A DNA stretch of 64,000 nucleotides from an uncultured archaeon (GCA_963817525.1 CAWFOU010000007.1:928001-992000), one strand, 5' to 3'; counted from the first letter of the stretch, positions 47,786-57,399 are shown. Notes: generated by a model from the letters alone, not told the origin. A program made the numbers and translations.

Positions 47786-48108
47786 CCTGTGTCGGGAGGG
47801 CCGTGCACCTGGGCCTCAACCACCTCCTGAGGTTCTGCCCTAGCAGTAGTCGCCCCGCTTGAGATGGCGAGGATGCGCTCGCGGAGGCAGACGGAGGCCG
47901 ACGTGATCGAGCTGCGCTCGAGTGCCTCCGCCCACCTCCTGACGCTCTCGCCCTCCTCGAGTTAGTGGAAGTAGTGCGACTGCGTCAAGCTTAGGCTCCT
48001 CACTTTTCCCATTGTCGGCCTGATTGCTGTTGTCGACGAGGGGCAGGCGCTTTGAGGTGCGGCTGGGAGAGACGAATAATAGTTTTGACGGGGGGACTCG
48101 GGTCCGAC

Positions 48109-50055
48109 TTACGGCGGGATGCCTACCTTCCTGCAAAAGTCCAGAAAACGAGGGTCGTTCCTCATCGGCGCGTAGAGGGGGTCGATCTTTATTGTAAAGG
48201 GCCAAGAGTGCGTCTCTGCCTGCTGCACCAGCAGCTTGAACGCCTCATCCAGATTGCCAAGCGCGACCTGCATGAATAACTCCCCGCGGAGCAGTAACTC
48301 CCCGCGTAACCGGGAAGACTCCTTCCTGCGGGCGGACATCTCCTCCAGAGCGTCCTCGGCTTGCTTCCTCTTTCCCGCCAGTGCGAACAAGAGGCCCTGA
48401 GAAACGGCGACCATGGGCTCGTCGGGGCCGACGCCGCGGGCTGCATCGACCATCTTCTGCGCTTCCTCGAAATCGTTCCTCGCCATATAGTAATCGGCGG
48501 CGCAGAGGTAGACCTTCGGTTCCTTCGGGTTGAATTCCCTCATCCTTGCGAGGACGTCGCGGGCCAGGGCATCATCGCCGCCCCACGTCGCAGTTGTCGC
48601 GAGCATCTCGCCGGCGCCGAAGGATAGTGGGTCCAGCTCGTAAGCCCTCTTGAACATGAGCAAGGCTTGGTTGAGGGCGCGCATGATGCTGTCCACTACT
48701 CCGAGGGACATGTATGCTTCTGAGAGGTTTGGGTTGATCCGGACGGCGGCCTCGGCCTCGACGAGCGCCGCGTCGAACCGGTCTAGCATGAAATGGACGC
48801 CTGCCATTGACGAGTGGGCTTCCGCGAGGCCCGGGTCGAGCTCCAGAGCCTTCACAGCTGCCGCCTCGGCGTTCTTGGCGGCCGTAAGAAAATCCTCGTA
48901 TCCCATGATCCCTCTCGCGCGCCACGCGTCTGCGAGCCCGGCGTAGCCCCGCGCAAAAGTCGGGTCTTTTGCGACCGACCGCTGGAGGAGGGTCAGCGTT
49001 TCCTTCGTGCTCGCCTCGTTGGTGTCGTAGGAGAGGTGCATCGCCCTGAGGTACAAGGTGTACGCCTCGATATCGTGAGTCTCCTTGCGCGTCTCCCCGG
49101 AGAAGAACCCGGCCGAAAGCGCCGCCGCGACCTTCGAAGCAACGTCGCTCTGTATCGCGAAGATATCGCCAAGCTTGCTGTCGTAGTTTGACGACCAGAG
49201 ATGCTCTTCCGTGCGGGGGTCGATTAGCTGCACCGAAATCCTGATCCTGTCGCCCGCCTTCCTTACGCTTCCCTCGATTACCGACCCGACGCGCAGCTCC
49301 GCTGCGATCTCGGAGATCTTCTTCTCCTTCCTCCTGTAGTTCATGACGGAGGTTCTCGCAATCACCTTCAGCCCCTTGACCTCGGAGAGCCTCGCGATGA
49401 GCTCCTCGGTAAGTCCGTCCGCGAAGTATTCGTCGTTGGGGTCGAAGCTAATGTTCACGAATGGAAGCACGGCCAGCCTTTCTCTCGGTCCTGATTCTTG
49501 ATACCTCGGCTGTCCGCCGGTGGACCGCTCCTCCCCGGGCAGCTTGACCCTGTACACCGCGACAGGCAGCTCGACGTTCTTCAGCTCCACCTCTCCGACC
49601 TTCTCAATGTCAAGCTTGGTCTTGTTCCTGATCTGGTCGAACACCTGCTGGGAGATGCAAACCCCCCCAGGTTCAGCCAGCGGCTCGATTCTTGAGGCAA
49701 TGTTGACGGCGTCGCCGTATATGTCACTAGCTTCGTGGACGATATCCCCTACGTGGATTCCTATCCTCAACTCGAGCTTCCGGGTGGGGGGCACCTCCAG
49801 GTTGCGCTCTTTCATCTTCTGCTGGGTCTCGACGGCACTCAGCACGGCGTCGAGCGCGCTTCTGAACTCAACTAGGAACGCGTCGCCCATCGTCTTCACC
49901 TCGACACCCCCGTGCGTCAGGAAGGTCGGGCGGAGGAGGCTTCTATGCTCCTCCAGAAGCTCCAGGGCCAAAGATTCGTTGGCCTGGGAGAGGCGGGTGA
50001 AGCCTACCACGTCCGTGAACATTATCGCCGCGAGCCTTCTCTCACCACTTGCCAT
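48109..50055 (-). CDS. Class III adenylate cyclase with TolB-like and TPR domains
   Basis: IMFTDVVGFT, KTMGDAF, RIGIHVGD, DIYGDAVNIASRIE; LAVLPFVN...YFADGLTEELI; TPRs (ALELDPGLAEAH). Confidence 0.92.
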   Translation of the reverse strand: MASGERRLAAIMFTDVVGFTRLSQANESLALELLEEHRSLLRPTFLTHGGVEVKTMGDAFLVEFRSALDAVLSAVETQQKMKERNLEVPPTRKLELRIGIHVGDIVHEASDIYGDAVNIASRIEPLAEPGGVCISQQVFDQIRNKTKLDIEKVGEVELKNVELPVAVYRVKLPGEERSTGGQPRYQESGPRERLAVLPFVNISFDPNDEYFADGLTEELIARLSEVKGLKVIARTSVMNYRRKEKKISEIAAELRVGSVIEGSVRKAGDRIRISVQLIDPRTEEHLWSSNYDSKLGDIFAIQSDVASKVAAALSAGFFSGETRKETHDIEAYTLYLRAMHLSYDTNEASTKETLTLLQRSVAKDPTFARGYAGLADAWRARGIMGYEDFLTAAKNAEAAAVKALELDPGLAEAHSSMAGVHFMLDRFDAALVEAEAAVRINPNLSEAYMSLGVVDSIMRALNQALLMFKRAYELDPLSFGAGEMLATTATWGGDDALARDVLARMREFNPKEPKVYLCAADYYMARNDFEEAQKMVDAARGVGPDEPMVAVSQGLLFALAGKRKQAEDALEEMSARRKESSRLRGELLLRGELFMQVALGNLDEAFKLLVQQAETHSWPFTIKIDPLYAPMRNDPRFLDFCRKVGIPP

Positions 50056-50226
50056 GCCGACTTCTTCATGCTCGCCGGCTCGGTTCCCATAAAGTCGTTT
50101 CGGAGATTGCGCCGCGGGCGCATAATGGTTTCAGGGACTCCCGAGAGACAAAGAGCGGTTCCTCTCCGTCTCCTATGGCGCAACGCCGAGGAATAGCTTA
50201 AATCCCGAGTACGCAAACAAACACTG

Positions 50227-50658
50227 TTGCCGAAGGAGTCTGAGGAGAGACTCGCAAAGATGATAGCGAAAGTGTCGTTATTCTCGAATCTGTCTCAAAA
50301 GCAGCTCAAGAGCATCGCGAAAAGCGGAACCGAACGGGGTTTTGATTCGGGTCACGTGATAATCAAGGAAGGGGAGAAAGGAGTTGGCTTTTACCTGATA
50401 CTTGACGGAAAGGTGGAGGTGCGTAAGAAAGGGAAAATCCTTTCGACACTTTCGGCCGGCGAGTTCTTCGGGGAGATGGGGCTGATAGATGACCAGCCAA
50501 GGTCGGCCGATGTTGTGGCCGTCTCGTCCACGACGACCTTCTGTCTAAGCCCGTGGTCTTTCGCTGGTGCCGTTACGGGGAACCCTGAAATCGCACTGAA
50601 GATGATGAGGGTTCTCATCAATAGGCTGAGAACCAGTAGCAAGGCACTAACCGAATAA
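50227..50658 (+). CDS. Stand-alone cyclic nucleotide-binding protein
   Basis: IKEGEKG..FYLILDGKV, phosphate-binding cassette FGEMGLIDDQPRSADV; no HTH. Confidence 0.92.
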   Translation: MPKESEERLAKMIAKVSLFSNLSQKQLKSIAKSGTERGFDSGHVIIKEGEKGVGFYLILDGKVEVRKKGKILSTLSAGEFFGEMGLIDDQPRSADVVAVSSTTTFCLSPWSFAGAVTGNPEIALKMMRVLINRLRTSSKALTE

Positions 50659-50743
50659 CAACACGCCAATCCCTCGCGGCATGTCCTCGCAATTGAGGAG
50701 GCGTTAGTTCTCCCTCATGGGCTGGAACAAGACTCACAACCGC

Positions 50744-50929
50744 CTATGAGCAACAGTGATGTAGACAATCTGGGCATTCACAAGGGCAGGGACACCCACA
50801 ACGACCACATCTTCGTCCTTGGCTGTTCTTTGCTGTTATCTTTATCCACTTATTCTGGACTCCATCCCAGGACCACTCGTATAACTCCTGTGCGGCTTCT
50901 GACCCGTCTGGGGATTCGAGGGTCGACAT
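50744..50929 (-). CDS. Cys-rich metallothionein-like microprotein
   Basis: C-terminus CGRCGCPCPCECPDCLHHCCS (9 Cys, 2 His in 21 aa). Confidence 0.55.
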   Translation of the reverse strand: MSTLESPDGSEAAQELYEWSWDGVQNKWIKITAKNSQGRRCGRCGCPCPCECPDCLHHCCS

Positions 50930-51103
50930 TTCCTGTTCTGGCGGTTCTTAGGGACTATTGGGTCTTCGCCTTTTGAAGCGGTTCGTCCTCACAAGGTCAA
51001 TGCGGAATTCCAGCCCGGCTTCGCGGCCTCCTCCAGTTACAAATCTTGTCCGCTTCACCTGCATTCGTTTACGGACGATCGCTCGGCTTGAGCTAGGCCG
51101 ATG

Positions 51104-51511
51104 CTATCGCTTTACTTTTTCAGGGACAATCCCTGTGCTGTATATCGTCATCACGGTGTCCCTGAGGAGGTTCATGTCGTCGAGGCCGAAGTCCGGCTCA
51201 GCCGATATCAACATCACGTTCTTACCGCCGAGGTAGAAGGTCAGCACGTTTAGTCTCTCCCGCTTCACGAACGTGAACTGCATCCCCCCGAAGTACCGGT
51301 CCCAGGTCCTGTCAGTCCCAATCTGTATCGTCAGATTTGCCATCAGCCTGAGATTTTCACTGGCAGGCTCCATGGAGATGATGCCCTTTCTCATCCCCCC
51401 TGCAATCACCCTGCCAGTCTCGTCGAGAACTCCTGCGTACCTGACCCGTCGGTTGAACTTGAAGGCCTGAATGCATAGCTTATCCAGCGGGTAGGTCATG
51501 ATTCCATCCAA
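51104..51511 (-). CDS. Roadblock/profilin-like protein (thaumarchaeal DUF6659-like)
   Basis: VRYAGVLDETGRVIAGGMRKG...FGGMQFTFVKRER...LISAEPD. Confidence 0.7.
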   Translation of the reverse strand: MDGIMTYPLDKLCIQAFKFNRRVRYAGVLDETGRVIAGGMRKGIISMEPASENLRLMANLTIQIGTDRTWDRYFGGMQFTFVKRERLNVLTFYLGGKNVMLISAEPDFGLDDMNLLRDTVMTIYSTGIVPEKVKR

Positions 51512-51792
51512 GAATCTTCTCGTTCGTTCGGTATAAGACTTGATTGCTCCGCAGTCTTATGGGCTTCGAGCGAGAAGCAGCGGGGAGCCTGTCCATCCAT
51601 GCCTTCTACCACAGCCCAGCCCCCTATTCTCGGGCAATTTGGCCGGTCTGCCAACCTTTGGGAGGTTTCCGGGGGCTTTCGGAATGACTATTTTTGGGAG
51701 ACTTGTCACCGACAGAGTCGTCACCGCGGTGACAGTTCAGCCAGTGACATCTGCCATAACAACTAGTCAATCGTACTCTAACGCGAGTAACT

Positions 51793-52440
51793 ATGTCACA
51801 GTTCGCAAACAAGTGGGACAAGCCAAACAGCAGCGGATTCACAACGAGGATGCGGGATTCTGTAAAGAACCCGGGTCCCTTGAAGCCGAGACTGGACCTA
51901 GCCGTAAGGCAGATCCAAGTCCAAGTCGCAAAGCTCGACGGGACATGCGCAAAGCTGAGGGAGAGGGACGCCTCGATCTTCAACAAGATCGTGTCATCCA
52001 TCCAGAAGCATGACTCTCAGCACGCCTCGGTCTATGCGAACGAACTCTCGGAGATAAGGAAGATGAGCAGGATGGTCACACAGGCCAAACTGGCTCTCGA
52101 GCAGATAACCCTGAGGCTCAACACCGTCACCGAACTGGGCGACATCGTGGTGACCCTCACCCCTGCAATGTCAGTGATTCGCAGCGTCAGGCAAGGGCTT
52201 GTAAGCGTCCTTCCAGAGGCAGAAGGCGAGATCGGAGAGATATCAGGCCTGCTGAGCAGCATCCTGGTGGATGCGGGCACGGTGGGCGGGTACTCGCTGA
52301 ACTTCGAGGCTGCCAACGAGGACGCCGAGAAGGTCCTGGCAGAGGCTGCAGCAGTCGCCGAAAGCAGGATGAAGGAGAAGTTCCCAGAGATTCCCTCTGG
52401 GCTCCCCTCGATGGAAGGCTCGACGGAAAGCACATCGTAG
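51793..52440 (+). CDS. cdvB: ESCRT-III/Snf7-family cell division protein
   Basis: ASVYANELSEIRKM...LALEQITLRLNTVTELGDIVVTLTPAMSVI...AEKVLAEAAAVAE..MKEKFPEIP. Confidence 0.92.
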   Translation: MSQFANKWDKPNSSGFTTRMRDSVKNPGPLKPRLDLAVRQIQVQVAKLDGTCAKLRERDASIFNKIVSSIQKHDSQHASVYANELSEIRKMSRMVTQAKLALEQITLRLNTVTELGDIVVTLTPAMSVIRSVRQGLVSVLPEAEGEIGEISGLLSSILVDAGTVGGYSLNFEAANEDAEKVLAEAAAVAESRMKEKFPEIPSGLPSMEGSTESTS

Positions 52441-52681
52441 AGGCGAGAATGGAAAACGTGAGGGGCTTGGACCCGCTTTCGCGGGTCCTCCCCTCCAATC
52501 CTCCTCTTCTCGGACACGATTACAGCGCGAAAAGCATCCCGCCCTTGGGCGGTAAGGATTTGCCCCATCTTTAGCCGCCCGGATTCGGCCCGTGGTTTAT
52601 GCACGCGCCGAGGACACGGTCGACCAGCTGAAGATTGGCGACCTGCAAAGAATTTTAAACAGCGTTGAAGGCTACACGCGC

Positions 52682-52738
52682 ATGGCAAAGTCGAAAAAGG
52701 TCAAGAAGAAGGCTGCAAAAGGAAAGGCAACCAAATAA
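52682..52738 (+). CDS. 18-aa Lys-rich microprotein MAKSKKVKKKAAKGKATK
   Basis: BRE/TATA (AAAGAATTTTAAA, 52647-52659) 22 bp before the ATG; T-tract at about 52778. Confidence 0.55.
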   Translation: MAKSKKVKKKAAKGKATK

Positions 52739-53013
52739 GGCGCCCTGGGGTTCTTGGAGCGGAATGAGTCCGCCCTGTTTTTTGTCAGCTAGAAGAGGTG
52801 ACAGAGGTCAACCGATGGACTGGCTATCGGCGGACACTCCAAGAATCTGGCCCCCTGAACGCGTCGCTCTGAATACTTGCGAGAAGGACTTCTGCCAACC
52901 TTTTGCGGATTGAACCTCGACCTTTCATAGAGCGAAGAGAATCCATCCGGGTCGGTAGGGGACTAATGGGCGAACACCTAAGTATCCAGCCAGGGAGCGG
53001 CCCCTGAAGAATA

Positions 53014-53325
53014 ATGCCTCAATACGCCCAAATCAAGCTGACCAGTCCCGACCTCGACCAGCTAGAGAGACTTGCGTGGGAGATCAAAGAGATCGCGGAG
53101 AAGACTGGGGTCAAGAGCATAGGTCCGCAACCTCTTCCAACGAAGAGGCTGAAGATCACCACGAGGAAAGCCCCCACGGGCGAGGGCACCCACACGTTCG
53201 ACCATTGGCAGCTCAGGATTCACAGAAGGCTCATTTACATCGAGCCGAACGAAAGGGCGATGAGGCAGATTACGAAGCTGACGATTCCTGAGGACGTCAA
53301 GATAGAGCTCACTCTGACGAGCTAG
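53014..53325 (+). CDS. rps10: 30S ribosomal protein uS10
   Basis: GPQPLPTKRLKITTRKAPTGEGTHTFDHWQLRIHRRLI (archaeal type). Confidence 0.95.
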   Translation: MPQYAQIKLTSPDLDQLERLAWEIKEIAEKTGVKSIGPQPLPTKRLKITTRKAPTGEGTHTFDHWQLRIHRRLIYIEPNERAMRQITKLTIPEDVKIELTLTS

Positions 53326-53340
53326 AGTCCCTTACGCGTC

Positions 53341-53709
53341 TCAGCGGATGAATTCTACGCTCGGCAACCCTTCGAACGCCTTGTCCCCCGTCAGGAATTT
53401 CAGTCCCTCTTTCTTGGCGATGTGATATCCCATCGCGTCAGCATATGAGAGCTCAAGTTTTCGCAGCTCATAACGCAACTTCATGGCTGTCTCGACGTCC
53501 AAGAGTGAGAATTCGGTCTCGCGAGCGGAGTAGACTTCCAAGACCTCGTGCGCTGCCCTCGCCCCGTGCACTCTCAAGATGGCGTAGTAAATCTCCATCA
53601 GGTTGAGCCTCGTAAGGACGCCCGTGTTTTTCTCGAAGTAAGGAGCGTATCCGGGGCTGTCGCTGAGGTAGGCTAGGACGGAGTAGCTGTCGTAAAAGAA
53701 CTTAGCCAC
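53341..53709 (-). CDS. vapC: PIN-domain toxin
   Basis: FFYDSY, NLMEIY, LSYADA, LTGDKAF; overlaps the antitoxin gene. Confidence 0.9.
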   Translation of the reverse strand: MAKFFYDSYSVLAYLSDSPGYAPYFEKNTGVLTRLNLMEIYYAILRVHGARAAHEVLEVYSARETEFSLLDVETAMKLRYELRKLELSYADAMGYHIAKKEGLKFLTGDKAFEGLPSVEFIR

Positions 53710-53917
53710 GCCAGCCTTTCCTCATTTCTTCCTTGGCGGCCTGGAGATCCTCGATGGGATATTTCCCCCTCAGTTCGGTGATGTCGCTCACCTTGGTGAC
53801 CCGAATTTCGACCTCCTCCCCCACACGTAGCCCGTTCCTCTCGGCGGCTTCCTTGGGTATGACGACTCCAAGCGAGTTTCCCCACTTCTTTAGCCGAGCC
53901 TTGGTCTGCACGACCAT
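53702..53917 (-). CDS. vapB: AbrB/MazE-type antitoxin
   Basis: KKWGNSLGVVIPK...LRVGEEVEI. Confidence 0.9.
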   Translation of the reverse strand: MVVQTKARLKKWGNSLGVVIPKEAAERNGLRVGEEVEIRVTKVSDITELRGKYPIEDLQAAKEEMRKGWRG

Positions 53918-54023
53918 GATTATACACGTCTAATTCTAATAGTTAAATGTTTTCCCAAGCGCGCAAAACGCGGCTCAGAACACTCGCAGGCTCAAAGCCT
54001 ATGACAAGAAGAGCGTGATTCAC

Positions 54024-54062
54024 GCCTATTTGGGCGCAAATAGCTCAAATCGGGCTCTACAG
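54024..54062 (+). repeat. 39-bp imperfect direct repeat, copy 1 (copy 2 at 56100-56138)
   Basis: GCCTATTTGGGCGCAAATAGCTCAAATCGGGCTCTACAG vs GCCTATTCAGGCGTAAATAGCTCAAATCAAGCTCTAAAG, 33/39 by eye. Confidence 0.8.
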
Positions 54063-54199
54063 CGATTCTCAAAACACGTTCGGCGCCTGAGCGCCAAGGC
54101 AGGATTTAGACGGGAAGCACGGGAATCAGCCTGTATCCCTCTGAACCACCCAAGGGTCGATGGCACGCTTATATCACGCGGAATCCGGATTAATGGAGC

Positions 54200-54901
54200 G
54201 TGAACTGTCCCAAGTGTGGCACCGCCAACAGCGATGATGCGGTCTTTTGCAGTTCGTGCGGCGCGAGTCTGAAGGCTTCCAGCCCACCAACGACATCTCC
54301 GTCGCCAGGGGCCGCCCAGCCGGGAGGCAAGATGGATGAGATGAAGGCCGTGTTCAACAACGCGATAGCGCTGGTCAAGGACCCAGTGGCCTACATGACG
54401 CAAAACAAGGGCCAGTCTGTTCCCGTGAACTCCCTGATGATAAACTACGTTGCAATCCTCGCGCTCGTGCCGCTCGTCGGAAGGATCATCGGCGATCTCT
54501 TGTTCTACGGCGGCGCCGGTGTCGGATATTCGATTGCCGGGGCGATTGTCTCCTACATTCTTGACATAATCTCCGTCTTCGTGATCGGGATTGTAATCTG
54601 GAAGCTAGGGCCATCTTTCAATACGGTAACGGATCAGGCCAAGGCAACCGTTCTGGCGGCTTATGTGTACACACCGGTCTTCCTCATCGGAATATTGAAC
54701 ATCGTGCCGGCCCTCGGCTATCTCGCGATTTTGGGGTTGCTCTATGGCCTGTACATCCTCTACCGCGGGCTTCCGATATTGCTGAACACTCCGGCCGACA
54801 AGACGGTGATCTACGTGGTCGCGGTGCTCGTCGTCTCGATTATCATCCTCGCCGTTATATCGCTGATAATCGGTGGACTCGACGCGGCCGCCCTCAGATG
54901 A
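54200..54901 (+). CDS. Zinc-ribbon plus Yip1-domain membrane protein
   Basis: CPKCG...FCSSCG double Zn ribbon; 5 TM with AYVYTP, LYGLYILYRGL. Confidence 0.85.
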   Translation: MNCPKCGTANSDDAVFCSSCGASLKASSPPTTSPSPGAAQPGGKMDEMKAVFNNAIALVKDPVAYMTQNKGQSVPVNSLMINYVAILALVPLVGRIIGDLLFYGGAGVGYSIAGAIVSYILDIISVFVIGIVIWKLGPSFNTVTDQAKATVLAAYVYTPVFLIGILNIVPALGYLAILGLLYGLYILYRGLPILLNTPADKTVIYVVAVLVVSIIILAVISLIIGGLDAAALR

Positions 54902-55051
54902 GGAGCCGGTCCCAACTTCTAGTTCCTCAAACTAAGGTCGCCAGCAACCGCAGAAAGCTCGAAAAAACAGCAATAATTGTCATACGTGGGTTGTGGAATG
55001 AGTGCCAAGGGCAGATTTGGGCTTGCATGTTCAGCTTCGAATTGCGCCGTT

Positions 55052-55426
55052 CTATACGGTCAGAACAAGGTAGACTGAGAGCAACAGGGCGATTGCGAAC
55101 ATGCTGAGAGCAAGGGTTGTCTCTATGCTCTTGCTCGGTTCGTAGCGTCCTGTCTTGATTCTTTGCTGGTTCATGGTAAACCTGCTTAGTGCCAGCAGCT
55201 GCATGAGCCCTCCTGCTATGACCAGGGCGATTCCGATTATCGACGAGAGGTCATAGGAGGTGGTCGGAGCCGAGGGAACCAGAGACTTCACGATCAGATC
55301 GAACTTGGCCACCACGAAACCCAAGCCCATCACCGCGATGCTTGTACGTACCCACGCGAGAAAAGTTCGTTCGTTTGCGAGATGATCTCTTGCCGTAGAC
55401 GCTCTTTCGCCCGAGTCCGAAGCCAA
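55052..55426 (-). CDS. YidH/DUF202 membrane protein
   Basis: RDHLANERTFLAWVRTS. Confidence 0.92.
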   Translation of the reverse strand: MASDSGERASTARDHLANERTFLAWVRTSIAVMGLGFVVAKFDLIVKSLVPSAPTTSYDLSSIIGIALVIAGGLMQLLALSRFTMNQQRIKTGRYEPSKSIETTLALSMFAIALLLSVYLVLTV

Positions 55427-55825
55427 CTACGCGCCGACCGCCGACAGGACGATCGGTTCTAGCCCGGCGATGTTCTTGACCAGGTCCTCCGGGATGTCGT
55501 GACGTTCCCTGAGATATTCGGGGGAGTTGTACGATACTAGCACCTTTCCGCTTGAATCCTCGGAGACTAAGACCTTGAGGGGGAAATCGATTGCAACGGT
55601 TGGTGCAGCTATCATCAACGGAGTACCTGCCTTGGGGTTCCCAAAGATTACCAATAGAGTAGGATTCATCTCCAGCCCTGCCTTGGCGGCATCTCCACTG
55701 AAGTCTATTCTAGAGAAGATTGTCAAGCCGCGTGAGGTGATGGCCGACTCTAGCCCAGCAACGGTCTCCGCGAAGGGATACTTGCTGACCACCTGTACAA
55801 CTCCATTCACGGCGGTCGAGGCCAA
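55427..55825 (-). CDS. DUF302 protein
   Basis: IFGNPKAGTPLM...AIDFPLKVLV. Confidence 0.9.
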   Translation of the reverse strand: MASTAVNGVVQVVSKYPFAETVAGLESAITSRGLTIFSRIDFSGDAAKAGLEMNPTLLVIFGNPKAGTPLMIAAPTVAIDFPLKVLVSEDSSGKVLVSYNSPEYLRERHDIPEDLVKNIAGLEPIVLSAVGA

Positions 55826-55882
55826 ACCAGCAATAGAACCCTATTTTCGTCCTATTAAATGACGAGGCTTTGATGAGTATAC

Positions 55883-56060
55883 TGCAGGGGCAGGTGGGAT
55901 TCGAACACTCCATTGCCCAAGACCGTACAGACCAATGAAGATTGTTTGTGCTTGTATTCGGGCCGAATTAGCAACGGTATGACTCAATCTAGCGACGAAT
56001 GCGCGAGGGGTTCTAAGGACTCGAACCCTAACGAAGACGGCCCGACGAGACTCGAAACCC
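55883..56060 (-). repeat. Cluster of degenerate tRNA T-arm/acceptor fragments (att-site remnants)
   Basis: Minus strand reads GTTCGAATCCCACCTGCCCCTGCA (55883-55906, Leu-like end), GGGTTCGAGTCC (56017-56028) and GGGTTTCGAGTCTCGTCGGGCCG (56038-56060); no D or anticodon arms. Confidence 0.5.
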
Positions 56061-56288
56061 TCCCAACTGAAGACAGTTACCACAATAAGTCTGAGTCAAG
56101 CCTATTCAGGCGTAAATAGCTCAAATCAAGCTCTAAAGTTGTGGACCGGGGGGGACTCGGACCCCGGGGAGTCTGGACCCCAATCTTTTCCTGCGTATTG
56201 GGTTCCATTGTATCCTAATCTGATATGAGCCGGGCTTAAAAATACCACGGATCCCCAGTTTCTTTCGGCCATTACGGCTTACCAAGTA

Positions 56289-56333
56289 CGAGCCCGACGG
56301 GACCCGCCCCTGAACAGGTTCTCAAAGTGGATT
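56289..56333 (+). repeat. 45-bp direct repeat copy 1 (copy 2 at 58209-58253; 18-bp core again at 59561-59578), tRNA-Lys/Arg 3'-end-like core
   Basis: 41/45 identity by eye; reverse complement of the core is CCCGTCGGGCCCG. Confidence 0.8.
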
Positions 56334-56422
56334 GCCGCGGAGCAACCAACCAGGTTCGAATCGTCCAGGGGAGATTTTGAAATGACTAGTTCACATATCG
56401 AAATAACTAGTTCAACAATTCC

Positions 56423-56452
56423 TTGACAGCGGCCTCCGCGCCAGAATATCAT
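56423..56452 (+). promoter_or_regulatory. Bacterial sigma70-like promoter
   Basis: TTGACA-N18-TATCAT upstream of the SDR gene; preceded by two GAAATRACTAGTTCA repeats (56379, 56400). Confidence 0.5.
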
Positions 56453-56494
56453 ACTAAACAGTTAATTATTAGGCAAAGCAACCCTAACCTCGCA

Positions 56495-57253
56495 ATGACA
56501 ACTCACATGGAACGGTACCAAGGTAAAAAAGTCGTGATCACTGGCGGCACCAGCGGCAGCGGGCTCGCCACGGCGAAGATGCTCCTCGATGGGGGTGCGC
56601 GTGTTCTGGTGACGGGGCGGTCGCACGCCGGCCTGGAATCGGCGCAGAAAGAGATTGGAAAGGACGCCATCGTGGTTCCCAGCGACGCGCGCTCGTTGAA
56701 GGACATCGACGCCCTCGCCTCTCGGGTGAAGGCCGAGTTCGGCACCTTCGACCTGCTCTTCGCCAACGCCGGATTTGCCCTCTTTGCCCCTCTCGAAAAC
56801 ACGACCGAGGCCATGTACGACGAGATGTTCGATCTGAACGCCAAAGGACCGTTTTTCGCGGTGCAGAAGCTCGCGCCGCTGATAAACCGGGGGGGCGCCG
56901 TCGTCCTCACGACCTCCATCGCAAACGTCAAGGGAAGTCCCAACCAAGCGACCTACGCAGCGTCCAAGGCCGCGCTGCGCTCATTTGCTCGCGTGCTCGC
57001 CGCTGAGCTTCTGCCTCGGGAGATTCGCGTCAATGCGGTAACGCCCGGTCCCATCGACACGCCGATCATCGGCAAAGTGTTTCCCGAGAAAGGCGTGGCC
57101 GCCCATGTCAGGGAGCAGGCGATCGCTACTAATCCGATGAAGCGCTTTGGGATGCCGGAGGAAATTGCGAAGGCCGTTCTCTTCCTCGCATTCGACGCGA
57201 CCTTCACCACCGGTTCCGAACTTCCGGTCGATGGCGGTGCGTCGCAACTCTGA
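56495..57253 (+). CDS. Short-chain dehydrogenase/reductase
   Basis: TGGTSGSG, NAG, YAASK, IRVNAVTPGPIDT, VDGG; start ATG 56495 or 56507. Confidence 0.93.
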   Translation: MTTHMERYQGKKVVITGGTSGSGLATAKMLLDGGARVLVTGRSHAGLESAQKEIGKDAIVVPSDARSLKDIDALASRVKAEFGTFDLLFANAGFALFAPLENTTEAMYDEMFDLNAKGPFFAVQKLAPLINRGGAVVLTTSIANVKGSPNQATYAASKAALRSFARVLAAELLPREIRVNAVTPGPIDTPIIGKVFPEKGVAAHVREQAIATNPMKRFGMPEEIAKAVLFLAFDATFTTGSELPVDGGASQL

Positions 57254-57289
57254 AAGCAGTACGCGAAATGCATCGACACTTGATCTGAT

Positions 57290-57399
57290 GAGCCAAGTGC
57301 GTTGACGGCACCGGTGAGTCACCCTCAACGAACTCGGCAATCTTGTAGGCCTTCCGGCGTTTTGCGCCGACCGGTGACGAGTGCGATCGAATGTTCCAT
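57290..57399 (-). pseudogene. N-terminal remnant of an oxidoreductase gene divergent from tetR
   Basis: GGAGG-N5-ATG then MEHSIALVTG, after which the Rossmann motif breaks down. Confidence 0.4.

Noticed and set aside
48089-48100. GGGGGGACTCGG match to the tRNA-Ala-like repeat
   Set aside because: Only 12 low-complexity bases and no acceptor-stem portion; plausible by chance.
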